A stretch of DNA of 64,000 nt from Lama glama (lineage: Eukaryota), in contig CM052817.1 of the NCBI GenBank assembly GCA_028534125.1, positions 51,090,001 through 51,154,000 of the forward strand, given 5' to 3'. This document shows positions 38,405-52,798 of the stretch, in pieces. A program made the position numbers and the translations under genes. Position 1 is the first letter of the stretch. Every line of letters begins with the position of its first letter. The notes under the pieces are model-generated. The model worked only from the letters and a program-made list of their open reading frames with translations, was not told where the DNA came from and searched no databases.

Positions 38405-38660
38405 CAAACCACTCTACCACTGAATGTCCTCAGTCATGGGCTTTGTCAGGTTTTCAGTTTCTCCATCTATAGAAGCATTTGAACAAGATTACGTAAAGTA
38501 ATTTAGATATAAAATTTAATTGTTACTATTCCATAAACTAAATATGGAATCAAATAGGAATTAAAGAGCTTTTTTTCTGGGGCAGAAATGAAATCATGCA
38601 CAGAAAGTGTTTAACCAGATACCGGGCTCAATGCATGCTATGTATGTTTACTTGTTATTT
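38405..38660 (+). mobile_element. MIR SINE fragments
   Basis: ctctaccact...ttcagtttctccatctata (core) and aatcatgcacagaaagtgtttaac...tgtttacttgttatt (3' end). Confidence 0.5.
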
Positions 38661-39949
38661 CTCTCCTTTCCTGTGTGTTTACAATGCTTGATATTCCTTT
38701 CAACTTTGAGAATGCTGGTATACTTCCTTCCCTGAAGTTTCTTAGAAAACTTTTTCTCAAGAAAATTTCAGGTATCAATTATTAATACTTAGGAATTAAT
38801 ACTTAGGAATTCCATACATTGCCATTCTAGTTGCATAATGCTGATTGCAGTAATATCGTTTATTTAACAACAGATTTATGCTATCTAGTATCATGTGAAA
38901 AAACAAAGGAATCTGGTAATGCAAATACACAGTCTTTGTTTTTGAAATATATATATATTTCACCCACTCAAAAGGCTGTATTAAAACTAAATTCATACAA
39001 CAGTTCACTAATAGTACAGGGGTTACCCGAAAGTTGTAAATAACCATGAGTAGTTAAATTAGGAGATGAAGTAAATTAAGCTATCAAAGGAGTTTCATGA
39101 ACTAAGGAATCTGCCCTTACATACAGGAAATTTTTAAAATTCACATGATTTGTTTAAATGAAAACTCAACCACTTAGCATTCCCTGGTAGCCCTTGAAAT
39201 CGTTTTGTTTCCTTGTGTCCCCACTTCCCATGGACATTATGACATTTGTATTATTCAGCCTCCTACTAGTGTTTTTGTGGGAATAGCTTTACTAGCACTT
39301 GAACATAGGTTGTAATTTTTCATCATTTCTGCAGTACTATGATATCCTGATTTATGAAGACTAAGGGTTTTTTGTTTGTTTTGTTTGGTTTTGTTTGTTT
39401 TTTAAGTGGATGGAAACTGAGGGAATATATACAACTTGACATAAATAGAGGATTTCTGTAAACTGATAGTGGGTGAATAGATAAAGTCTGACTACATGTA
39501 TGGTGTTTGAGAAAAAGCTGAAAAGATAAGAGAAAATGAGTATTTACTGGTAGAATAATTTGTACAGAGCTAAAAGTACTTAAATTTTTATTTTCAAGAT
39601 AACTGAGCATCAATAAATGCCTCTGCTATATGGAAAGTTTGGAACCGACTAAATTCCTAAAGGGGAAGAAAACCCCACTACTATAAGGAGGCAATATTAT
39701 ACATTGTGTGGAATTCCAAGAGTGTTCAAATAGGCTATGGATGTATAATTTTTAAATGGAGTAATTTATCTCTAAATTTTAAATTGAAAACGTTTGTGTC
39801 TAAGAAGTCTGTGTTATAATTCAGCTTGGTTAAGTTGTTTAGAGAGTACTGTTTACTATACATATGTAAACTGCATAATCTCAGCTTGTAGATTATCATA
39901 GACTTTTGTTGCTTAATATTTCAAGGTGTATTTACTACGAATAAGAGCA

Positions 39950-40866
39950 AGAGGTACATGAAATGCTAGTCAGCATCACTAATCATTGGGGTAATTTAAT
40001 AAAAACCAAAATGATATATCATTGCACATCTGTTAGGATGGCTATCTTCAAAAAGACAAAACAATAACAAGTACTGGCAAAGATGCAGAGTAAAGTGAAC
40101 CTTCACGCACTGTTTGTCAACTGGCGCAGCCACTATGGAAAACAGTATGGAGAGTCGTCCAAAAATTAAAAATAGAACTACCATACGATCCAGCAATCCC
40201 ACTTGGGTATATAGTCAAAGTAAATGAAAACAGGATATAGACAGGATATCTGCAACTCATGTTTATTACAGCATTATTCACAGTAGCCAAGATATGGAAA
40301 TAACCTAATTGTGTGCCAATCAATGTATGACTGGATAAAGATGTGATATATATGCAATGGATTATTTAGCCATGAAAAGGAAATAAATCCTGCCATTTGT
40401 GACAACATGGATGGAGCCTGAGGGAATTATGCTAAGTGAAATAAGTCAGACAGAGAAAGACACACCGTATTGATACCACTTATATGTGGAATCTATAAAA
40501 GTCAAACTCAGAAAAAGAGAGTAGAACAGTGGCTATTAGGGGTGAAGGAGGCAGGTAGAAATTGTGAATATGTTATTGAAAGGGTACAAACTTATATAGT
40601 TAGAAGATGAAAAAGGTTTGGTGATACAGTGCACAGCATCATAATTATAACTAATAATATTGTAGTATATATTTCAGAATTTCTGAGACTAGATCTTAAA
40701 TATTCTCACTACAAAAAATAAATAATAACTATGGGACCATGATGAAAGTATCATACTACAGTAATAATCATATTGCAGTATATTAACCTATCAAATCAAT
40801 ATGTTACAACATGTATACATTTTAAACTTAAGCAATATTATATGTCAATTATATCACAATTAAAAT
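39950..40866 (+). mobile_element. L1MA9/10-like 3' end
   Basis: cagcatcactaatcatt; gcagccactatggaaaacagtatggag; tgccatttgtgacaacatggatgg; ends tatatgtcaattatatcacaattaaaa. Confidence 0.95.
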
Positions 40867-40889
40867 GATACTAGTAATAACTTTAAAAT

Positions 40890-43115
40890 AGAATAATCTT
40901 AGCATAATTACATATACCTATCAACTTCAGTAATTTTAATATTAATATGATGCTTTTCTACAATATGTAATCCATATTCCAACTGACACAATACATTGTT
41001 TATAGTATTTTTTCAAACCAATATACTTGGTCAATCTAAGGTCAAGTGTTGCATTTCATTGCCCTTTCTCTTTAGTCTTCTCCAATATGGATTATTTCTA
41101 GTTTCACACTGTATTTTGCTTCACTGATTTTGTTTTAAGTAAACTTCCACATCATTTTTTATTTTCATAGAATGTTCTTCATTTTGGTTTTGTCTGATGT
41201 TTCCTCATGATTAAATTAAGGTTATAGATTCCTAGCAGGGATTTTATATATGTGGTATTATTGTCCTCAGAGTATCACATCTGAAGACTCACAATATCCA
41301 TCTGCCCATTATTGATGATGTTAATTTTCATTACCAAATCAAGGTGTCATCTATATAGGTGCTATTTTTCCTGTGGAAAATAAGCAACATATAGGGATAA
41401 ATTTTTGTGCCATGCAGATATTCTGCCTCTCATCAAACTCTTCTTTGTATTTATAATCCACTGATTCTTGCCTGAGCCAATTTTTGCTATGATGGTGGAT
41501 GATTTTCCATCTCCAGAACTCCCTCTACAGACTGTGGAATTCTACTGTAAGCAAAAGTTCTCTCTGCTCCCCATTGGTTATTTCATTGTTGCTTAGTATT
41601 AGTATGGATCATGGGTTTCCACTTTTACATTGTCCTCACTCCAGCATCCTCCTTCTGATATTCAAAGTATCCTATCTTGAGCCATTTAGAGCACCTTCAG
41701 GCTAGTTCCTGTGTCCCTGTGACTATATGATGCTTTAGCATACTTCCTTACTTCCTATAATAATGAGATGTTCCAGAATCATTCTATATCTATCCTGTCC
41801 CAGGCCTAAGATCAGCCATGTTGATAATGAGCTCTGTTTCCTTTAACTGGAGAATGATAGGTTATATTATAGAAACTAAGATCTGGAAACTAGTTATACT
41901 CATTGGTATTGAGTTATCTTTTATTTCTAAGTCCATTTTGTGGACAAAGGTGGCAAATACATGAATTTAGACATATGCATGTACATATGTACACACATAC
42001 ACAAACATACACACTATACATATATACATATTTTAGAAGTAATGGAATCAAGCTGATATTCTCAATTCCAACACATGCCCTCATGGATTTTTCTTGTCTC
42101 CCACATTCTGTATATGTGTAATGCATACTCCACAATTGAGGACTGTGGCTCCCCAAAGTATCATCACATTGACTTATTTTCTCAGTCTACAATACAAGTA
42201 AATTTGTTTAAGAATCACTTCAATCATACCACTATGAAATATAAACCCATTAAAAAAGAGTTCAGAATTTATTTGCATTTTTCTCCATTTTAACTGTCCC
42301 ACCCAGGAATCAGACATAGTCAAATTTTATATTCCTGAAGTGTTTTTTTTTCTCTTTCTTTCTCAATGTGTTTATGTTACTTGTTTGAAATTAATTTTGG
42401 TTAATTTGTTTCAGTTTCATATCTATTTTATATTTTTTCTTCTTCCTATCATTATTGACTTAGTCTATATTTTTATATATAAAATATATATATTTTTCTT
42501 CCCATCATTATTGACTTAGTCTATATTTTTAGAGTATATAAACATGCTTGTAAGAGCCACAAACTATACAAAAATATACTTAAAAGACTGTTTTTCTAAT
42601 ACATGCTTCTACTCATTTACCCATCACCCACTGTATGTAAGTAAATTCTTCCTGTGTTTCTTTTGTGAAGATAAACAAATATGTATGTTTTCTTATGCTC
42701 CTTCTTTTCTACATAAGCTGTAACATTCTGTATATGTATTTTGGTCCTTACATTTTTTCATCAAAAAAATTCCTGAAATCAAACCGTATCTGTTCATAAA
42801 CATCTTTCTCATTCTTTAACACCTTCACAGCAGTCCATTTCATATATCTACATAAGCTAAATAAATTGATCAATTTCTCATGTTGGAAAATGTAAGTAGC
42901 CTCTAATATTTTTCAATAACAAAAAATACTCATGTACATACAGCAATTAATCACCTGGATATATATTTTTTGTGTTGTTCAAAGTGTATCTTCAGGGTAA
43001 ATTCTGAGAAATGGCATTGCTGAATAAAAGGTTGCAGCTGGTGTCATTTTGTTACGTAGTGTCAAGTTTCCTTTCATTATACCAGAAATTTTGTACCATT
43101 GTGCATTTCCAGCAG
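40890..43115 (-). mobile_element. L1MC4-like long 3' UTR and ORF2 end
   Basis: agaatgttcttcattttggttttgtctgatgtttcctcatgatta; atgagatgttccag; agatcagccat; agaaactaagatctgg; tgtaccattgtgcatttccagcagc. Confidence 0.85.
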
Positions 43116-43429
43116 CTATATACTAGAGAGTCTTGTAAGAGCTGAAACCCTAACTCTACTGAGTACAGTTTCTGAATTAATTAATCAGCTACCACTATAT
43201 TACTTTCACTTATGGAGGAAAATAACATTCTATAAACCTGAGATAAAATCTCTTTAAAAGCAGAGCATAGATTTGAAGGTCTTAGGAGGCAAAGAATCAA
43301 GAAGGTAGGCCCCTACCCACAAGGCAAAAGAACTGCACGGAATACATCAGACTCTCTACTGGAAATAAAGAATGGGCAATGCTAACACAAGTTAGACCAA
43401 GTTCTACCAGATCCAGCTTCTATGAGCAC

Positions 43430-44965
43430 AAACTTAGTAAATTAAGACAATCAGCCAATTGCCCTACTCCCTGGAAGAAGATGCCATTAACAAGAATATC
43501 TGTATTTTTAATACCCAGTATCTCTGACATTCAATAGAACAATTACTAGATATAACAAAAGATGGAGCTGCATAACTATAAAACAAGATTAAAAATGTAC
43601 AATAGAAACAGACAAGAATATGGCACAGATATTTGTATAAACAAGTAGAGAATGACATGGAAAAATAATGTAAAAGATGAATTATATCAGATTTTTAAGA
43701 TTCATTAGAAATGACATTTTAAAACTTTGAAATATTTATTTAAAATTAATAATTATTAAATGGGTTTAACAAACGATTAGCTACAACTGAGTTCAGGATT
43801 TGTAAATGGAAAAATAGACCAGCAAAGTATAGAATACATACTAAAACACAAGGAAAAAAATGGAAACTATCTAAAACAACATTAAATATTGATGCAATAA
43901 TGTAACAAAGTCTAACATAACTGCAATTTTGGTGCCAGGTGGACAAAGGAATAGGGATAAAAATGATATGGAATGAAAAAAAATTGCTGAAAAGTTTCCA
44001 TAACTGACTGAAGGCCTCAAGAATCTCGGCAAACTACAAGCAAAAATAAATACTAAGAAAACTACACCTAGAGACACACAACAATAAGACTGCTGAAAAT
44101 CAAGCAAATTGAATATTTTAAAAGGAGCTAGAGAAAAGTGTATTATCTTCAAGGGAATGATATTAAGACAGCAAATATTCTCTTGACAGAAATTATGGAA
44201 ATCTGAATATAATGGGATGCTATTCTTTAAGTGCTGAAAAGAAGTAAGTACTTACCTAGAATTCTATACTCAAAAAATTTTTTTTCAAAGTAAAGGTAAG
44301 ATAAAATGGCTCAGACAAAACCTGATAGCATTTTCTTACCAGACAACCTGGACTATGAACTTGAAAGTGATTTGTTCACACTGAAGAAAATGACCCCACA
44401 TGGAAAGCCACATGTTCAAGGAGAGCACAATGAAAAAACAAAAAACACAGTAAATATAAATGAATATGATAAAGTAAATTCAGGTACAAAATAACAGTGG
44501 TGTTTTTATGGCTTTAAAACTTTTTAGAATAGTAACATAAAATATAGAGGTGTAAATGGAATTAAATATTCTGAGTTTCTAGCAGTACCAGTGAAAATAA
44601 CAATTTGTGTTGAATCTGTAACAGGTAAAAGTTAAATGTTTTAATCTCTAGAATCATAGTAAAATTATATACATACATACACACATGTATATAGTAAGTT
44701 AGTAGAAGGGAAAACAATTTTATAAGTTATAAATTATTTTTAAAATCTAAAGGTAGACAAAATGAGAAAAAATAAGTAGGTCCACAGAAAACAGATAATA
44801 GTATGAGGAATGTAAATTGAACCACATACCTGTACACTTCTCATTAAAAGTGGTAAATACTAAAAACATAAAAAGAAGAGTAATGGATGTTGAGAAAAGA
44901 AAATAGAAACAGTAGAGTATAATTACATTTTTAAAACACAGAATTGGTATTAACATTATGTAAGT
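43430..44965 (+). mobile_element. Old L1M ORF1 region fragment
   Basis: atgggtttaacaaacgattag; gtctaacata; ttgctgaaaagtttcca; aaaactacacctaga; acctagaattctatac follow L1 ORF1 order. Confidence 0.85.
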
Positions 44966-45375
44966 CACAAGAATGCTGTATTTCTCTTTTCATGGGTTGA
45001 ATAGATCTGGGCAGACGAGCTTTCATAAATCTGCATAAATTATGAAGGGTTTACAAAACAAAAGATTGCCCTAAATTACTAGCTAGATCATTTAGATATA
45101 GTTATAGTATTTATATTTATATTTATTTGTTTCCAAATTAAGTAGCAAAGATAAATAACTCAGAAATTATAAACTTAGACCAATTCAAATTCCTTTCTAA
45201 AACTATTATGGAAAATTTACATACCTCCCACATCCTTTATCATTAAATGTTAATATAATGAAACTTTGCTTTCTAAAGTTGTTGCAGGACCTTGACTCTG
45301 AATCATTTAAAAACTAAAATGATTTTCTTGAAAATGTGTCTGAATATTACCTAAAACACTAAAATTACACTAGAT

Positions 45376-45467
45376 CTGGGTTTCTCAGTCAGGACACTCA
45401 GTTATTGTGGAGACCTCTCCTACGCATCCCATAATGTTAACAGGATTGCCCCAGTTGAGAATAACTG
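45376..45467 (-). mobile_element. Internally deleted MER20-like hAT MITE
   Basis: Termini ctgggtttctca...ccccagttgagaataactg; 8-bp TSD cactagat (45368-45375) and caccagat (45468-45475). Confidence 0.7.
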
Positions 45468-46579
45468 CACCAGATGACCTATAATTATTTATTACAATTC
45501 TGTAGATGACTATGACTTTCATTTTCAGAGCTGACTGACTTAATTCATTATATGCTAATTCTCCAGAAGCACCGGACATCTTCATTAAAAGAATATACAT
45601 CATAAAATATCCCTGAAAAATTTATTTAAAAATATTACTTGTTTTGAAAATGTGTTATTATATAGTAGGAAGAATTAAAAAAAGCTTAAATTCTTAACCT
45701 ATATGTAGAAGACAGTCTACAGAAAAGAAAGGGACTCTTGAAAGATATTTTTGCAGAAATTCTTGGGACTTTCCTGTTTCTATTTTTGTGCAAAGATCAA
45801 TTATGACAGGCTAGTGCAAAATCTGACCTTTATTTGGGAGAAATCTGTCACAGGCTGTCATTTATTACATGAGAAATTATAAACACTCTGTACTAAACAA
45901 GAACATTATCAGCATTTACAGTGACTGCACATCTGCCTAGTGAGATTCTAGTCATACGTAATATCACCCTGTTGCCTGAGTTGGAAACACTCTTAGTCTT
46001 TCCCCTAAAGCAAGAACAAAGGATTTGGTTTATAAAAATAGGTTGCTTGAATCATACTACCTTTATGTTCTTCCATTGATAATTTTATTTCAAATGACAT
46101 CCAGTTCAATAGAATGCATATCTTTTATACATGCATTCTTCATATGTTCATTTCAAAATGATAGGCTGACTATCAGAGGGCATGTGTTGCGATAGTTTGA
46201 TATAAACTTTGAAATAAAATGCATATGTCTGACATAATGCAAGACCAGGCAAGTAAGTATATCGTCATATCTGATAAAACATTTAAAAGAAATGTAAACA
46301 AACTATTTATTCCAGGACTAATTCTATCTACTGTTTTAATTTGTTTTCACAAAATTATTTATAATGAGGATTATAAATGTAAAGAGCACATAATAGTGGG
46401 TGAAATAGATCAGTCTCTTCAAACTGGGTATCTGTACACCTGAGAGTACGTGAAGGTTTTTCTAAGGAATACTTAAGAAAAGATTGATTTTAAAGGATAT
46501 ACAAATCCTCAATGAAGACTAGCCTGTGATCAAAATGTGCACTTTCATAATTGCCATTCTGCCATTTATCCATCTCATT

Positions 46580-46905
46580 TATCAGCGAAGGAAGCCGGAT
46601 TAGGCTGAGAAACAATTCGAACTGCAATGCAGTTGCAACAGAGGGCTTAGCTGATGGCACTTCAGAGATACCCCAAATAGGAGCAAGGAAATTGGGTCCT
46701 TGTACATCTGATGGACCAGTTTTGGGGGAGTCAGCTGCCCCTGAGAGTGGCTGAAACTGTAGGGAAGCTGTTACCTTTGACTATGGGAAATTTCTTGAGT
46801 TTCATCTATGATTGCAACCACTGCAACCATCATTCCTGGAAGATAGAGTATTGAGTACTTTGGTCTTGAAGGTGGATCCAGCAGAAATTTATAACATCTG
46901 ATACA
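46580..46905 (-). mobile_element. LTR16-family LTR (3' LTR of the provirus; its 3' end is missing)
   Basis: Minus strand: tgta...gatccaccttcaagac...ggggcagc...ctctgaagtgccatc...cctctgttgcaactgcattgcagttc...aatccggcttccttc. Confidence 0.85.
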
Positions 46906-48020
46906 GTCTATCTTTTGAATAGTTGGGATCTATTTGCTTTGCATAATAACTTCACTTGATCTGGGAATATATTCTCCAAGATTCTGGCTGGTTTCTTTTC
47001 TGGACAATCTATAAGAGGAAGGTTTAGGGAACAAAAATATCCCCATCACCACAACTGACCTCATGGCCGCAAATATTTATTCATTATTTTCTCGCTCGAC
47101 TTTATGTTTTAGATTTCCTTTACCATTGCCCAAAATCTCTGCTAGTCTAGGTGGCTTACCTATTGAGAAGACCCACATTTACATACCAGAGATTCCTAAG
47201 TCTCCTGAACTTCATGTATTTTTAAATCAATGGTGTTGTATTTGCTTGCTTACTTTCAAAATTGGGCAAGGGAAGTCAAATAGATGTCTCAGGAGATTAA
47301 TATGGTGGTGAATACCATCTTCTCAGCCCCCACTCTGTCAAAGCAATTCTATCTACTCCAGATGGTCAAGATCAATTATCCTTATCCTTGCTAGCATAGT
47401 CCCTCTTTTAATTGACTACAGAGCTTTTGGCACGAAGAGTCCAAAGTGACCAGGTGGCACCATAGACTCCTTTAAGTATTCAACCTCTGAAAACTGCAAC
47501 ATCTAAAACAGCAGAGATTAGAGTTTCAGGGTCAGGAAGCACAAATAATCCAGGAGAGTCACTAGGAGTGAGGCAAATAAGGGCAATTAATACTCTAGGC
47601 ATACAATTTCTACTTATTGGGAACACAGCACCATATCATACCTCTCCCATAACTTCATCTGTAGGCCTCGCCACATGTCTATGTCCCAGATTTTTCATCT
47701 TTCTTCTCCCAGGCCCTGACCAATAAGCAAACCTATTTACTATTCTGCATTAAAAAAAAAAGCCTTATAATTATTATATCCCCTGCCTCTCAAAGTCTAA
47801 GAAATACATTCTAGCTGGTGCAGTCTCTTCACAGTAATTCTATTCAAAGTTATCACTATTGAACATTTTAGCAATTGTGGTCCGACAGCATATTAATGGC
47901 TATGATATTCTACTTTCCATCAGTGATAGGCTCCTTGTTTCTAGCTCACCTGTAGGTAATCCAGCTCCAAAATGTCATTTTAAGTTCTGCTTCCTGAAAA
48001 CAAGATTTCCACCAACACCC
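46906..48020 (-). mobile_element. ERV3-16A3-like internal sequence, heavily deleted
   Basis: Minus strand begins gttggt...aagcagaac...attttggagctggat...atcactgatgg...caattgctaaaa (leader/gag start), then jumps to RNase H-like ttggtcagggcctgg...atgtgg and 3' internal sequence. Confidence 0.75.
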
Positions 48021-48220
48021 AAAGGCTGGGTTCCCTGGGAAACAGGCTCTAAGATGTGGATGCACAAGGTGTATTTAGCACTGTTCTCAGGAACAACAGC
48101 ACTAAAATGGGAGTGTGGAAGGAATGGGAAGAGGGGAAGTTGAATGCTGATGCAGTTGCTACAGAGGCCTCAGGCAATCTCATGAAAGACCCTTCAAGGA
48201 TGTTGCTAATTTAGGCATTA
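48021..48220 (-). mobile_element. LTR16-family LTR (3' half of the 5' LTR)
   Basis: gggttccctgggaaacaggctctaagatg...gaagttgaatgctgatgcagttgctacagaggcctcag is homologous to 46615-46655. Confidence 0.82.
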
Positions 48221-50935
48221 ACCATTTATTACCTGCAGGCTCTCTTCTTGCTCTTGAAAGCCAATGTCCACAAGATAGCACATATTAATGTAAGCATTAG
48301 TTTCCTAGGACTGCTGTAACAAACTACTTTTCAACAGAACTTAGTCTTGGATTTTTCCCTTCTTGGGTCTAATTTACCCAATCTTAATTTAGTAATTTTG
48401 CTTCCCAGTCCTCTTGTAGACTAATAGATATTCCTTGGCTTGCATCCTACAGTGCTTCTTTATCCTTAAGGAAAAAGAATAGATTCAGCTTACACTACCT
48501 GCATTTCTGTTTAAAGCTTTGAGCAGCCCTAAATTAAATGTTTTATATTAATTATAAAAGCTGCCACATTTAATAGGTTCAATTCAATTTTAATTGAACA
48601 TGAAAGAGGGAATCCCATATCAGCTCCAGTGTGGAAAATTAGTATGTGAATTAAAAAAATTCTAAATCAACTTATTTGACACTTCTTTCAATGAAGACAG
48701 AAAAAACAGCCAATGCTAAATTTATACATAGTCACTAATGTTATATCACAGTCTTCAAATAAACTCTTAAAGTCTGGTTCCTGCTGCAATATAATGAATT
48801 ATAAGTGGTGTTTCATATAATTTCTGTATTTGATGGTAACTATACTAGAATAATAAAACTTTTCACTTATTTTGCTAACATAAAATAAAAAGTAAAAACA
48901 AAAGCATAAAACATATGTGATTTATTAACAATTTGTAAAAAGCTCTACTAAGCACAAACCACTGAACTAGCTGTTGCAGTGAATAAACATTAACAAAATA
49001 GAGGTCTATTCCTTAGAAAGATCTTCTAACGTAGGTTGGGGTTTGAGTGTGAACTGCAATGATTGAAACCTAACAGTGTTCAGTGGTTTACATAGGGCAT
49101 CTATTATAACTTTAATTTCATCAATGAAGTAAAGCAGGTCAATAAGGACAGAAATAAAGAATGGGAGAACTTGAAAATCAATTCATAAACATCTTTAAAA
49201 ATTTAGAGCAAAAATAATATGTTAAGTTCAGTATACAGAGATTAATACAGAAGGCAAAATAATACATAAGTTAGATAGTAGGGGAAAATTCAATTGCTAG
49301 GTTAATTTGAAGATTCTGTTTTAGAGAATTCATAAGACTAGAACATAGAGTTCATAATCCAGTTAGCTTTCATGAAGAAAATAATTGTTGACTTTCACTT
49401 TTTTAAGTTTTGAAATAATAGAGAGATTTAAGAGACATACTGTTTGCATTTAATTTTTCATATTTTTCTATACATAAATATTTTCTATTAGGAAGATGCC
49501 ATCTAATAGCATATTATTATGCCATCTGTGGCCCTTGGATTAGGTAAATGTTGCTTTGGGGGAAATAATTGGGTATAATTTCAGCAATGGGATATTTAAC
49601 TATATAGCATGGTGCCTGTTAGGGAGTATAGAGCATAGTAGTAATTACTCTAAAATTTCTGGCAGCATTTCTAAAACTGGAAGGAAAACAGGAAATACAC
49701 TTTTTTATTGGAAAAAAATAACACCTTTCATTTACACACACATAAGACTAAGTTTAGCTCCATTTTTCTGGAATAAAGACATAACTTCACAGTTTTTAGC
49801 TTGGGATGGACCCAGGCGAAATATTCAAAATGTTTTAGAACCACAGAGGTAATAGCAAGGACCAATCAGAGTTGGTATAAGCCATTAGCAGTGGAGTTAG
49901 GTCTTGGAGAATCTATGTTGTATCTAGAGATAATGTATTATATGCTTGGCAGTGGTAAAGTGTGAGATGTCTAGGAGATCAAGTATACAATAGTGAAAGC
50001 ACTAGGCAATGCAGAAATATTTTAACAATTAGTGTGGATATTCCATATCTTTCTGGCTGAAAATGAACTCTGCCCTTGGCTCTTGTCAGTTTGATGGGCC
50101 AGTTCACTCCCACCTACTTATTACCTCTTAGCAATTTGTTTTAACTATAGATATCTTACAGAGAATGTGAATCAATATGCATAAAGAACACAGTTATCTC
50201 TTTAAAAGAAAATGATCATGACACCAATTCCAGACTCCTGAGATTTGAAATTACATTTAATAAACTGAGGAGGCCCTTAATGATGCCACATGGAGGATTT
50301 CACTGAACACTAATGTGTCAAAAGATATAAAGAAGTCTGGATGCAAAATTTATACCAGAATTTAGAGAAGGATTTGTTTTGAAGATTGTTTGTATATGGA
50401 AGTCTCTAATGCCATGCATTTGGGTGGTATTGAGAAAATGGGTATATGTTTAAGAATTTAAAAAGCTAAAGACTAGAACTTTAGCTCTGGAAACTCAGAT
50501 AGTTTTTGTTTTAGTATGCCATGGGTTTATGATAACACTTACAGAATATTTTATATTCCTGTACCACAACACACATTACTACTGCACTTACTACTGCTAT
50601 GACAAACAAGGCATTGTAAACCATGATGCTTCCTGTGGTCAGTAAGCACTGTCTTCAGATTCCTGGAAAGCCTGTTTTAGATGATGGTATCATTTAACCA
50701 TGCCAATGGACATTTCAGTGGCAAATGTGGCCATCAAGTTTCTAAGTTTTCATGTAAGTGTAACAAAGACTAACCCTTTGGATTGAATGAGTGACACTAA
50801 GGCATTAAATTTAAAATATCAAAGAAATTATGTAACTTTATGTCATACTCTTCACTCATGAAATGGGATATATCACATCAAGTTAGAAAATCAGGAGAGG
50901 AATTTTGTTTTAATTGCAGGCAGAATCTGATAATT

Positions 50936-51405
50936 TATGGCAGAATCTGTTTTTGGCTTGATATCCATTCTCCCTTATTCTTTGCTTTAATAGAAACTTG
51001 ATTAATGTTTCTAGTCCCCAAATAGTAGATTATAATTGAACTAAGTCAATCATGACAACACTTTCCCTATTTTTTCCAACACCTTTGGAGCTAGAAGTTC
51101 TGGCCTAAACTTTGTCAGATTTAAGCAGAAATCTACTGAGAAAAAAGGTTCTTTGAAAACTTTTGCCCTGCTGATTATATACTTAGGACATGATATTTTT
51201 CTACTTTATCCTGCCTTTAATATAAATGTGACTTCTAGAACAATAATGAATATTCCATAACCATGAGGTTACAGTTTATAAAGACAGGCTTAAAGAATTG
51301 CAGAGATACTGACTCTGACATCAATAGACATCTAAATCCATGCCAGTAATAGTTTGTTTCAGACCTCTTGAGTTTCTGTTAGCTGTAACTCTGTACAACA
51401 CTAGC
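50936..51405 (+). mobile_element. MaLR LTR (MLT1K-like)
   Basis: atccattctccctt; ctaagtcaatcatg; gttctggcc; aagcagaaatctactg; accatgagg; tttctgttagctgtaac. Confidence 0.7.
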
Positions 51406-52798
51406 TATAAAATATGGTACCTGAAAACACCTAGAAAATTTAAAAGAAAACAAAGAAAAAATGTACTTTTTAAATTAAATTACTATTTAAACTAAATAAT
51501 GCTTAAATGCAAGCCTATTATTTGAATATCACATCTCTTCCTAGAATTCCTAAGTCTTCAATTGATAACAAAATAAAACAGAGGGAAAAAATTCAGTTTA
51601 TCAGTAAATGAACCAGAGCAATTTCTACTTCCAGCTTTTTTGACAATAAATTTAGATTTCATTATGTATTCACTGTAACCTAAATTGCCTATCCATATTT
51701 AGCACCAATTTTTCTCTAGGTCATACGTGGGTCTAATTTTTTCTCTTCATTTGAGTTATTTTGCTATGCAAAATTTTTAAAAATTGTGCATTGTATAATA
51801 TAATGTATCAGATTAGTCATCAGCATATGGAAAAGGCCAAGTTTTTTTTTTAAACTATACAGTGTTATGTTATACAAAGTGTCTTATTAATATACACATA
51901 CATAGGGGTATCTTTATATTTTAGGTAATATCTGATTATCATTATAACAGTTAATTGATTACTTAAACTTTCATAAAGTGTTATAATAAACTCATACATG
52001 CTATAGTAATACAATCATCACAAATATAACAATATTAATGAAGCATATACATAAAAGTAATTTTTTAGCTAATAATCAATATTTTTATTCCTAATTTTTT
52101 TCTGTTGCCCTCACCTTTATTATTAATCCATTGATGTCCATTGTTTTATGAAGCTTGTTAGCCACAACTTAGAACAAAGGCACTTGAACATATAAATATA
52201 TTTTTCAAATGCCTCTCAGAGACATAGACTAAAAAAGGCTACCATTTTAATTTTAAGAGTTAGGTGCTTGAGAAGAGAAAATAGTGTTTTAAAATAGAAA
52301 AACCTTGGTTTGCAAGAACAATAGCACACACATCCTAGGAATTTTAGAGCACCAGTTAATATATAGATTGAAGATGTGTTCATGATTGCATAAAGCTTAT
52401 TTTTATAACCTCCACATGGAGAGGAAATACATTTCTGTATTAGGAGTTAGGATTTAAACAAAAGAAGAGGAAGAAAGAAAATCTATTTACTTTGTAGAGA
52501 CTTCAAGTCCCTATAACTCAGGTCATCTCCAAAGTGAATCAGAAACAACAGAAGCCACAGGTAATTTAAAGTGATCCCAAAGTACATGGCAAAGTTAACT
52601 AATTTTCAAGGTTGTAAAAAAGGGAAATAGCAAATCATATAGCAGAGTTTCATGTCCTTTATGATACCACAGCGATAGAGAATGAGTGAGAGGATTATAT
52701 ACATACAGAATTGAGAAAAGTTTTACAGAGACCCACTGTCTGAGAAACGTGGAGGAATTTCAAAACTTTTAGGAAAAATCACTGGAATGCCACATACA

